The notes beneath the pieces are model-generated. The model was not told where the DNA came from. It did not search any database and saw only the letters and a program-made list of their open reading frames with translations. From positions 1 through 64,000 of the forward strand of contig JAPEUG010000023.1 of the NCBI GenBank assembly GCA_026025795.1: 64,000 nucleotides of DNA, given 5' to 3'. This document shows, piece after piece, positions 1-11,685 of this stretch. Numbering within the stretch: position 1 is the first letter of the stretch; each line of letters starts with the position of its first letter. The position numbers and the translations under genes were made by a program. The stretch comes from Thelocarpon superellum. Taxonomy: Eukaryota.

Positions 1-588
1 AAGAATTGACAGTCGGGCAAGCAACGAAATTGTCCCAGCCTCCCACGAGCAGCATTGGCCCGTTGGCCAGGCCGTCCATTAGGAACTCAAAGTCGATGTC
101 GACGCCGCCCGCAGGAAGAGCCGTCTGATTCGCCGGAAGGAAAGCCAATGCACCATCCGCCTCCATGTACACCTTCTGTCCACCAGGGGCGCCGACCGCC
201 TGTTTCCACTCCGGTTAGAGTGGCAAGTTTCGCAGCAGCACGTTGCCGGTGTAGCCAGACTTACCATACTCATCCCGCCATCTTGGATGTTAAAGGCAGG
301 GCGGCGGGAGACGAATCCGGGCGCGACATACGGCTCCAAGTCGGGGTCATCGGGACACTGGTTGGGTGAGTTCGAGAACGCCGGACATGAGTACGTTGTG
401 GCGTTGTTCCCCAGTAGAAAGCGACCCTCCGTCGCAACAAGTTTGTAATACTTGATCAATTCGAAATGATAATCTTTGGTGTTGGCGTATAAGGTCACTG
501 GCCCGATTGGTGCCTTTGTGCCACACAAGGCCGCAACAGACACAGCCAGCGATAGCACGCTGGTGGTGATGGCAGCGAATGACTTCAT
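1..588 (-). CDS. Secreted PhiA/IgE-binding-protein-like cell wall protein (3' end runs off window start)
   Basis: ATG at 588 starts a signal peptide (MKSFAAITTSVLSLAVSVAA). A GTAAGT..CTAAC..CAG intron at 264-200 joins GGMSM to AVGAPGGQKVYMEADGALAF...WDNFVACP. PGGQxxYxxxDGxLxF and FxACP are motifs of this fungal family. Confidence 0.7.
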
Positions 589-2023
589 GGCAAAAGCAAG
601 GTCAGGACCATGAGATGACGCTCGAGAGGTTGGCCAAGATGCTGGGAGTGATTGAAAAACGAGCCTGAGATCAAGCACGCACCCGCACCAGAGAGGATCT
701 CAAGCCTTTTCATACCACCCGCCGCAGTATCCACGACCCTCTCGGCCTGAATATACCGTGAGGTTTTGAGATATATCTATGCCTGGTCAGCTGTGGGAAG
801 CTCGTTCGCCACGGATCCGGATATCGCCACATGTTTAGGAGCCACAGATCCGGGCAGGTATGAACGGCTGTGCTTAGTGTGAGAGAGACGTTCACCTATG
901 CATCAGAACACTAGATGCATCCAGCCAGTTTCTAGACATCCTTTGACCTACCCGTTTGGGTCGAAGATTCTCGGCCTCTATCCTGAACTGGAGTCGCTCC
1001 TTGGCGGTGTCCGACTCAACACAGATGACAGGCCTGCGGTGGAGACACACTCCAAGATGAAGGATTTTTCGAGCACTCATCGAGGACGTGCAAGCAAAGC
1101 AGGATTTGCAGTGGCAGTGCGTCGATGACCGTTTCGATCTAAGTACTCGACCTGGTGCTTATGTAATCCAACCATTGGCTAGACCAGGACCGCTGTGGGT
1201 GCGCCTGTCCGTCCTGGCAGACTCACGCGTCGCGATAAACGATGCTATGGCGCCCTCTGATGGAGAACGTACAACGCAGAGTCCCCCGCGCGTATGATCG
1301 TCTCACGGAAACGACCTCAGGTAGATGGAACAGTAGTCTTGCGGTGTGGTGCGCATCCTGTGAAGGGTACTTTGAAGATTCAAATACAGCACTCCGAGCC
1401 ATATCCAGGGCGTACTCGGGACTGGGTCGGTGACGCCGGATGAGATGGTGTGACATGTGGCAGCCGCGCCCAAGTACCCATGCTTCGGAATATGTATCCC
1501 AAGAAGCGCGCCCACGATCTGCAGGAATGTGTATCCGAAGAAGCGTGTCTCACAATCAGCCACACGACAGACAAAAGAAGTACAACGGTGACGAGGTTGA
1601 AGACGATGAGGGTGGTGGGGAAGTGGAAAGGAAGCCATAGGGATACAGGGGCCGGTAGCGGAACCGACAGTGCGTTTGGTCATCTCAGCTTTTCTCTTAG
1701 TTGCTCCTCGCGTTTACATCGGGTGCTCGATAACTATACACAGCTACAGAGAGGGTGCCTAGAGTGCTAGACCTCAGACATACCAACATACCATTTAGCA
1801 TTCCCTCCCGTACTGCCTGTCCACCACGTGTGCATTGCACTTCTGCCCCGTAGTCCTCGGAATTCCTCGTAGGATTCAATGCTCGTGGGATGCTGCTCGG
1901 AGGTCGGAACGGGGTTTCGGCCGTATGGTCTATCTAACGATCCTCCGATCCCTGCAGCCACGTTGTTTCTTCTCGCCTCCGTCGTCGCCCTTCTCCGAGG
2001 ACATCGGCCCCCTCGTCCCGGAC

Positions 2024-3875
2024 TTACAATGTAGCACCGACCAGCTTGGCATACGCATCGGTGCTGAAGGACTTGGGTCTCTCAATCGGCGCGCCAATCG
2101 CGCGATCGATGATGATCTGTGGCAGAACACCAATAGCTCGAGACACTCCGAAGAGCACTGTATAGTAACTGGCCTCGGTCAAACCGTAGTACTGAAGTAG
2201 AACGCCAGAATGCTACTGAATGTCAGCGGTGTTAGCGACGTCACAGGTGCGTGGGAACCGACCGCGTCCACGTTTGGCCAGGGATTGGCGGTCTGTAGCA
2301 GAGATCAGTCTAACGTCGATGTGGTTGCAGGTCGACGAGACTCACCTTGCCATGCTCCTTGAGGACGCCGGGGGCGATCTTGTACACCTGGCTGACCAGC
2401 TTGAACATGGGATCATCTGGCAGATGCTTGAGAGCGAACTCGCGCTGAGAGGTGTATCGAGGGTCGGTCTTTCGGAGGACGGCGTGGCCGTAGCCCGGCA
2501 CCACCCGACCGGCCTTAAGAGTCGACCAGAGGTACTCGGTGATGGCGTTGTCGCTGAGGTCGCTACCAATCTGAGCTTTCATCTTCTGTAGCCAGTTCAG
2601 GACTTCTTGATTGGCCCTAGGGACGAGTCAGTTTTTGCCAGGGTTAGATCAGGGCCCGGGTTCCTCACAGCCCATGGAGAGGGCCCGCAAGGCCGTTCAG
2701 ACCAGCAGCAAGAGAGAGCATGGGCGAGCTTAGCGCGCTGCCGACGAGATGAGTAGTATGGGCGCTGACGTTTCCTCCCTCGTGATCGGTGTGGATGGTC
2801 AGATACAATCTCATCAGTTCGACAAAGTCCTTATTCCCACCAAAACCAAGCTGGTTGGCCAAATTGAACCCGTAGTCCTTGTCCTTCTGCACCGCCTCCA
2901 CCTTGCCGTCCTTGAAGACGTTACGGTAGATCTTGGCGGCAATGGTGGGGAGCTTGGCAATGACGTCCATTGAATCCTCAAAAGCATATTGCCAGTAATC
3001 CTTCTTGTTGATGCCCTTTGCGTAGGCTTTCGCGAAAGCCGACTCATGCTCCAATGCTGTGACGGCAAGCGACAACTGAGCCATGGGATGAAGGTCGCTG
3101 GGACAGCGGTCGATGAGTTCCTCGATGAACTTGGGAACGTCGGATCGAGCCGCCCACTCGGCGGACAGGTCGCGCACTTGCTGCTCGCTCGGGACTTCTC
3201 CGGTTAAGAGGAGCCAAAAGAGGCCTTCGATATACGTCAGACACGCTGCTGCCAGGCGACAATTGTATCTAACGAACCTTCTGGGAGGGGCTCCGAGCCA
3301 CCAGGAGCCTTGGGAAGCAGCTTCTGACACTCCGGGATCTATGGGTCGTAAGCTGGCGACAAGCGTTAAGATGGATTTCCGCGGTGTACCGTCTTTCCCC
3401 GGAAACGAATCCCTTCTTCCGAGTCGAGGACGGATCCCTGAGGGCATTGTCAGCGCTGCTATGGCGTCGTGACAGTAACGAACAAACCTCCCAGACCAAC
3501 GCCTTGATCCCCCGGGCGCCGCCATAGACCTGATCCAAGGTGACTTCGCCGACAACCTTCGATCCGTAGTCCCTAGTAGGGGCGAAGGGTGAGCCACCAG
3601 CCAGGTGCAATGTCATCAACAGAGGAGAGCCTACTTGCGCAGCTTCTTGATCTTCTCAATCTCGCCGGGGATCTTTTCGGCAAAGGTCTCTTTCAAAGAC
3701 TTGAGCAGATTTCAGCTTGCGTTTCCAGCCGTGCGGTACCAATGGGTCAAAATACCTGAGTCTTCGCCGTCGAGTAGCATCGGAGACCGTTGACAGCGGC
3801 GGACCGTGGAGCGAGCAACCGTGCGGCGAGAGACGAGCAGCCACGCACATCACGAAGACGCAAAGCAGAAGCCAT
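2024..3875 (-). CDS. cit1: Mitochondrial citrate synthase, multi-exon
   Basis: Arg/Ser-rich presequence ([12 protein letters not shown]...). Motifs [47 protein letters not shown] and IERPKSFST are joined by canonical short introns; TAA at 2026-2024. Confidence 0.97.
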
Positions 3876-4805
3876 CGTGAAATGCGATGCAAGAGGGTGA
3901 TGAGGGGTGGAGGGAAAGAGAATGGTACGAGGGAGAGAATCGGAAGAGCTCGGAAGCAAAATGCCAACGGCGAAGGTCACCACTGCAAAATCGCCCGACC
4001 ACCGTCACCACGGCAAAACGGCCTGGAGCTTCAACAACAGCTGCTAGCGCCCCCACCACCGAGAGCTGAATCCACTACGGATCCGAGTGCAGGTATGGTA
4101 CGAGTATCTGCTGGGAACCGAAGAACCGAGGGAGCGCATCTGGTAACATAGTCAAGCGCTGCGTGGTTGAACCCCCAGTGGTCTTCGTCTGGGCTATAGG
4201 CGATCTCACGTGACTAGCTACCGTCAGCCACTGCCAACGAATGCTCGGGACCTGACAGGTTTTTGCTGGCCTCGCTACACGTATGGTTGTTGTCAGTCCT
4301 CCGTACGCCCCAGTACGAGGCCAAGAACGGGGGGACGTGGTCGAACCCGCCTATACTTCGCTTTCCCCTCTCGCTGACCACCTTTTCTTCTCATCCTTTC
4401 ATCGCTCACCTCACCCGGCTTCCACCACGCCCTCAACACCACGACGCTGTATCGACCCTCATCTCATCGTGAAAGTTGTTAGTAGTCCACGGCTCGCCTG
4501 CAGTGCGATTCACCTTTCGTGCTGGTCTCTAGAGCTAGTAGTCACCGTACTTACGGTGCTGTGGATTCACCTGGGTGAAACGGTCGCACTCTGTAGTGGA
4601 GGCCACCAAAGCCAACACTGCTTTCACACACCGGGCCTCTAACCTCTGACTTTCACGACCTCTTTCGTCGACTTCCCACTTGAACCGCCTTCCGACCGCA
4701 CAGTAGAGTGCAGGAGAAGTCATAACCCCTCTGCCTGGCAATAGTCCTTCTACATGCACCGAACCTGAACGCCGTCGGGGATTTCTCAAGCGAGCGCAAT
4801 AAATC

Positions 4806-7625
4806 ATGTCCGCCTTACAGGAGCTGGACGCGGCGCTGCAGCCCATGCTCCTGCTCAAGCCACCAGGTGTGTCTGGATCTAAGATCAAAGAGATCACGGC
4901 ACTTTGTATCGCCAACGTCAAGGTACTCTCTCAAGCGTGCTATGGCTCGCTCGCGTACTCGCTCGCCCTCTTCATCGACTGTGTGGCTAACGTATCACTT
5001 GGTGACAGTCCGAGTCCGTCATTATCCAAAAGATCTACACCCACTTCAAAAAAGCCCCGGGCACGCACAAACTAGGCGTCCTATACGTCGTAGATTCTGT
5101 AACGCGACAATGGGTAGATCATGCGAGGAAATCCGGCCAGACTGTGGGCACCGCCGCCGGCGATGGCACGTATGCCGCCGGCGTTAATAGAGTAACAGAG
5201 CTGCTCCCCGTATTGATGACCGACCTCATTCAACAAGCTCCGGAGGACCAAAAGGTACGCGCAATAGTCTATCGAGCATCACTGATCGTCTAGTGCATTT
5301 TCCGCGTCTCTGGTTTCCTTCTGGGACCTTTTTTCTTTTCCTTCGCAAGCAGTCGCTGCAATCATCCGTCTCCAGTGCTCTCTTCTTCCCATGAGTTCAC
5401 ACTTACCTGTGATGTGGCCCGCTATAGGAGAAGATCAAGAAACTCGTGGATATCTGGGAGCGCGGTAGTACCTTTCCCGCTCCTCTGTTGGCGTCTTTCA
5501 AAGAGAAGCTCAACGCAGCGCCTAGTAAGACCCCTCTCCCATCCCTGCCCCACGGACTTGGCTCTCTGTCGCCTCCCTTGGACGGGTCATCGGTAGCTAA
5601 TGATGGACGGCGGTGATAGATGTGTCGTCCACGACGCCCACGGGAACGCCCCCGCAAGAACAGCTTTCCGCGCCAGGTCCGGCACCATCGAATGGGTCGA
5701 CCGCGGGCGCTCCCAACACGTCGGCGATCCTAGCCGCCTTAGCCAACATCGCGAAGCAGAATACCGCGCCACCACCAACCACGTCCAACGCCCCTGCTCA
5801 GGAGAATGGGTTTCATGTATCCAATGCCCAGAATGCATTTCCGCAACCAGTGTCTTCGTCCGTAAACCCAAGCCACGCCTTCCCACCGACTGCACACTCT
5901 GTAGATGTGCCAGGTGGGGGGCCGAGCATCGCACCACCATTCTCGGGGCTCAACCTGAACGGGATGGCGGCGCCCGCGGCCAATGCACCACCGAATCCGC
6001 TCGGAGCCCTGGCATCTATGATGCCGCAAGTCAACGCCGGCGGAGCGGAAGCGCTGCAACAGCAGTTGATGCTCATCCAAGTCTTGATGCAACAGGGCAT
6101 CCCCCAGGACCAATGGGCTCCCATTCTTGCGACCTTGGGTGCTGGGGGCATGAACCCGGGTATGGTGGGGGCCAGTGGAACGGCAGGCAACGGCGCAGCA
6201 GGTGGAGCAGGACCGGCATGGCCTCAGGCCGTAGGTCTCCAGAATGCCTGGAGTGGCCGGGGTGATGCTCCGTCACGTGACCGTAACGGCCCTCCGCCCG
6301 CCAGCGGACACATCCAATCCCCACCCAACCGGTATGCCCAGCGTGCACGATCGCGCTCTCCTCCCGCGTGGGGTCGTGACCGAGATCGTGATCGAGAGCC
6401 TACTCCGCCTCGTCGTCGAGACAGTCCGACCTACGGAGAATATCACGGGGACTCGCCCGGCCGGAACGGCAACCGAGGCGACGGATTCGATCGGAATCGA
6501 GGACGTGGTGGCCGTGGGCGCGGGGGGAATGAGTATCGCCAGCGCAGCCCGCCGCCGAATCGCCGCAATCGCAGCCCGGATGGTCCCGGACGCCATGGGC
6601 CGGCGGTGGGAGGACCGAAGTTTCTGGAGTTCGACTATTCCATCGGCAAAGACAATATCAAAGGTACGTCACTCAAGCCGGTCCCCTGATCCACTCCGTA
6701 CTAACAAACCACCAGTACTGAGTCGAACCTTATTCATTGGTGGTGTCACGTATGTCTATCATGCTCCTGATGGTCCGTTCTTGCTAACAGGCGCAGATGT
6801 GGAGAAGCCGAGCTGAGAAGCGTCTTCTCCCAATTCGGCACGGTGCAAACGTGCATCGTCAACCAGGACAAACGACATGGCTTCATCAAGATGATCTCGC
6901 GTGGCGACGCTCTCGCGGCCAAGGATGGTATGGAGCATTACAAACCACCCGACATGCAATTGAGGGTACGTTCGGTAAACTCGAAATTCTCTTTGGTCAC
7001 GTCGACGCCTGATCCTGACGTATCTAGACGCGCTGGGGAGTTGGCTTTGGCCCTCGCGATTGCAGTGACTACCAGACGGGTATCAGCGTCATTCCGATCG
7101 GGCGATTGACCGATGCGGACCGGAAGTGGATGTTGACGGCCGAATACGGCGGCTCCGGGGGAAAACCGATCGAAGGGGGGATGGTCGTCGAAGAACCAGA
7201 CATTGAGATTGGTGCCGGCGTGTCCTCGAAAGGTATGTCATACGCCACGTTCAGTCACATGAAGTCGAGCTCAACCTAACGCGTGACAACAAATAGCCAT
7301 CAGCCGTCGTATGGCCACAGATCAAGGCGGCAAGACTGGGCCGCGCTCCACCCGTGGTGGGCCGGAGCCCGGTGGCTCACGTTTCCGACGCCACGACCGC
7401 CCAGATCAAGGGTCCGGCCACAATTCTGGCCCTGGCCCTGGCCCTGGCCCTGGCCCTGGCCACGGTCTTGATCGGGACAGCAACGGTGCCGTCGGCGTGC
7501 CTCCTGCGGTGCCCGGCTTTGGCTTCCAGTTTCCCGGCTTTCCCAACGGCATGCCCATGATGCCGGCCGGCTTCGTCTTTCCCGGCAACGGAGGACAACC
7601 TCCCTCTTCTTCAGGCCCCTCCTAG
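4806..7625 (+). CDS. nrd1: Nrd1/Seb1 RNA-binding termination factor (CID + RRM)
   Basis: N-terminal CID (KPPGVSGSKI, HKLGVLYVVDSVTRQW), RS/RGG region, RRM (SRTLFIGGV, TRWGVGFGPRDCSDY) and EEPDIEIGAGVSSKAISRR. Seven GT-AG introns. Confidence 0.93.
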
Positions 7626-10497
7626 ATAGCTCGCAAGTCACATCTCGGCGGTGCTTTCCTCTTTCACACACTCCGCATTCTCGGCGTCTCCCCTGTTGTC
7701 GTGCTCGGCCCTGTGGAAGGAGCCCTCGGCGTCTGTCTCCATGAGCGCTCCTCCTGCCTCCAAATACCGGCGCCGCTGTTCCGGCTCTCCTCTCTCGTGT
7801 CTTGTGCAGCTTCTTCGACCTTGTTATTAGTATCATTAATGAATTGGAAAACAAAAAGTGGCTTGCAGCTCAGCTACGGTTCGTAAGCAAGACTCCCATT
7901 GGCGGGCTTGTACCGAAGTGAATGATAGATGTTTGTATATCTAGTGTGGCCCACGATCACGATTCAACAATGCCACGCCTATCCAGACAGCGAGCACTAG
8001 GCTTATCCGCGGGAAGTGACCACGCGGGATGGGAATTACGACACAGGCACATCTTGACCACCATCCCATTCCGTCACAAGCTGTTGGTAAAATGTCTCTT
8101 CTGAAGTCGTAATATGACTAAACAGTCACGCTATAAGAGTGCACTACGAGCAAGCAGAGATTAGGGACCGGATGAATCCGCTCAGCTCACCACAGACGAG
8201 TCTGATCTGGGATACGGCGCGGTCCATGACCGTCAGCTGGCCCGAGTGGAGCTCGGTCGAGGTCATCTGGTACGGAGTTTCGATCCAAGACAGCACAGAT
8301 TTCTGGCTGCACCACGTTCGCAAGGGGATGTGGGGGCTGGGTATCCGTCCGCTTTCGACTCCCCGCTTCTCGACAATGAATTTGTCAAGTGACGATAGCA
8401 GCTGGGAACGCCCAGTTAAATCGTCGTTGTCGGCGGGAACATCCGCAGCCGCGGGGCTGGAATCTCCAACGGTCATTTGTCACGGATTACGACACTATGA
8501 GCGCTCGATTCCGCCGTGTAGCATGGATATGCTGGTACTCCCGTACAGCCTATCTGGCACGGCCTTCACATGGGTGCCGGATAGTGCACGGACCATAATG
8601 GCGCTCATATGACCGCAGCGAAACTCCACTGCGGCTGCAGAACCCACGTCCAGTTGGAAGAGTGGGGGGAGCGAGCCCGCGGCGGAAGGGACGGATCCAA
8701 CATGGTTGGTGTCCGCCGACGGGACACCCCAAGGAGTTTAGAAGAGAATCGGTACGGCCGGGAATACGGTGCAGAGGGCTCCCACGCAGCTTTGCGCGCA
8801 CCAGACGCGAATAAGGGGAGGCTGGAGACCGCGCGGTCGACGGATAACGAATCACAAGTAGATTCTGAAACAAGTCGACGCTCCCAGGTGCTGTGAATCC
8901 GGGTGGAACGCGGTATTTTCCTTCCTTTTGCGACAAACCCACGCCAGCTAAAGATAAAGTCCAGAGCTAATTGCACGCAAGACTTGGTGGACCAGAGACT
9001 TCGGCGATAGATGCTACTCTTACCCTCCCTCCCGGGTCTAAATGGTTGCAGCTTGAGGCAAACGCTGCGCCAGGCATTCTGTCGGCTTACACGTCCTCGA
9101 AGCTCAACGCGCTCCCAGACGGCTTGTAAAAGAAAGGGCACCCTAGAGTGGATCGAGAAAGACCTTCATGCATGTTCCCGAGTCGAAGGCTTGTGTTGTC
9201 GATCGACCTGCATGACCAGCTGGCGTCATACCGCTCTTCCATTGGGTGGTTCCCTCACAGGGCTCCGACGGAGACGACGAATCGCCAGGGTCGGTCGGCG
9301 CACAAGCCACGGGGAGACTACGACGTCGCCCGTACTAGGTCATAGCGTGCCGAGATCGAGAGAGGTGAAACCCACCACGAGGAGCACAATTGGCACCACG
9401 ACGATAAGGCGGGGAGGACTTGGAAGCATCTCAGGAAGCTGCGACCGGAAGGGCGCGGGATGGGCTCCATAGGTGGACCTGTCAGTGGCGCTTTGTATCT
9501 GCTTGTTTTCTCTATGCTTCCAGTTAACAAAGGAGCGAAGCTGATGCGGTCCTATGGCGTGGGTCGTCCTGCGTCGACAGAGTCTCATCCCTGGGCGGAG
9601 AGAGTGCACGGAAGGCGATCTCCACGGAACCGAACCCTCGAGGAACCCGCCTCTTGCCCGCGGTTCGCCTGTCCCGAAGGGGTCCCGTCCGGCAAGGCCA
9701 GTGCAGATCGCGATTCGATCAACAGCGCGATGGGCTTTGTCGCCGACCAGGACGCGGGCTTACGACCAGGGACAAGCGGTGGCCTAGCTCATGACAGACC
9801 CTCCCGTGCTTCCGAGTCGACACAATGTATATCGCGCAAAAATGTAAACGTACGAAGTACCAAACGGCGACGGCATGTCCCACGTCCACACATCCTAATG
9901 AACGGGTCCAGTGGCGGTCCGCCGGGGAGGTGACAGTCGTCACGCTGCCTAGGTGGGGCTTCGAAACTACGGGCGATTGCGACCGCTCCGAGGGCGCAGG
10001 AAAATCTCACCTGGTACTCGCAAGAGCACCGACGGCCGCTCGGTAACATCGGTCAAAGTTGACGCCGAGTGTCCCGGTCGCGATAACGAATGAGCGAATT
10101 ATCGTACCAGCAACGTCGAGGAGAAAAGTAACACAATCGACCGACGACCGGAGCGGCCGCTGCTAGAACCGGGTGGAAGCTGGCTACCACCAAAGCGCAT
10201 CATCGCCCAGCTCGGGCACTCCTTCGGTGGGGGCGACGCGGCCGCGGTCGCGGTTGCGGTGGGAGACGTTGCCGTGTGCGGGGAATGCTGGGGAGGCAAT
10301 GTCGTGAAATGGTCTGGCGGGCATGGGCGGGGGAGAAATGCGACCGCGCGCGGCAGCCATACACACGATGAGGAGGAAGATGCGGTCGAGTTGTTTTGTC
10401 ACGCAAGGCCGTAGTAGTTAAGCCGTAAGGGTACGCGCAATCCACTCGAACTCGCCCCAGTCGATTCCAGCGCTCCCACCGGACCAGGTCCGCGGCA

Positions 10498-10996
10498 CCG
10501 CAGGCCGCAAGCCGCAGACCGCAGGCCGCCGGCTCGCCGTGGGATGCGAACTTTGCCCTTCGCGCGGCGCGCGCATGCTTCCGAATCACCCGGGCAAAAA
10601 GTCAAGCGGCGACGAGCGCGCCTGGCTCACGGCGGGCGACCTGGATGGCTCAGTCCAGGGCCACCCAGGCTAGCGTGCGCGACGAGCGCGGAGGGCAAGA
10701 GCTACCCTGGCTCGGGAAGGGTTGGGAAGGGTGGGCACTCGGGCGATCGGCAGCCGACGGCACTGATTGGCCAATTGCGGCCGTCGCGAGCACAAGCTCC
10801 CCACCCCAAACCGCGTCGAGCTCTGGCCGGGCTTGTGGTCATTGTCAAGACTAAACAAAATAGCGCGGGTCAAGCTACGGATTACGGCGGACCGGCCGCC
10901 GGTTGTACGATCCTGAGCAGCGCCCAACCGGGCGCACTCGTAGAGGGTAGAGCACACGCGGCGAGCGGCCAGCAGCCAGCAGCCAGCAGCCAGCAG
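10498..10996. repeat. Two 7-bp-period tandem repeats upstream of PMA1: (CCGCARR)x4-5 at 10498-10530 and (CCAGCAG)x4 at 10969-10996
   Basis: Read directly from the sequence. Confidence 0.85.
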
Positions 10997-11685
10997 CGAG
11001 CGGGCGCGCAGGAGCTGTTGAGCTGTTATCACTGCCGTCATCCCCCGCCCGAAGACCGGCCCACTACGGTTGGCATCTCGTTCCGGTGGAGCCGTTGCGT
11101 TGGGCGAGTTCCTTCGTCAGACATACTTCCGTCGCTCTTCTGCCTCGTCTTCCCCTCCCTTCTTCTTTGCCCACTTCTTCTCGCCGTTCCCCTTCCACCT
11201 CCGCCTCCGCCCTTCCCGCCGACGACGTGCGATCGTTGGCATTGCCTGCGTCGGTGCGAGAGAGTGGTGCGTGTGGTCGCTAGTTCTGCCGGATCCAAGC
11301 GAGGCCTATCAGAATTGTTTGCAGGCAGTCGGTCGCCGTTTCTGCTCCGGGTGAGTGCGCCCGGTGAAAAGCTCCTGCCCTCGCCTGTCGTCAGTGATCG
11401 ACGCGACTCGGGTCCCCTCGCACTGTTTGTGACGGAGCTTGGCATTACCGAGATTGCGCCCGTTGACACTTCACGTCCAAGCTCCACAACACCAGTTTGA
11501 CGCGACTGTTGTCGTTAAGTCTCTGTTCGCACCGCTTCGTGCACCCTGGATGATCATCACCATCACCACCGGCGACGGCGTTGACTGCAACGAACCTCAA
11601 CCACCGCTGGTGCTTCGCACCGTGATCCCCCTCCCCCTCCCGCAAGTCCCATCCACCGCTTCTCACGCTCCTCACCCTGCTCACC

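Noticed and set aside
4330..4375. TCGAACC as a minus-strand tRNA T-loop
   Set aside because: The flanks do not form a T-stem or cloverleaf.
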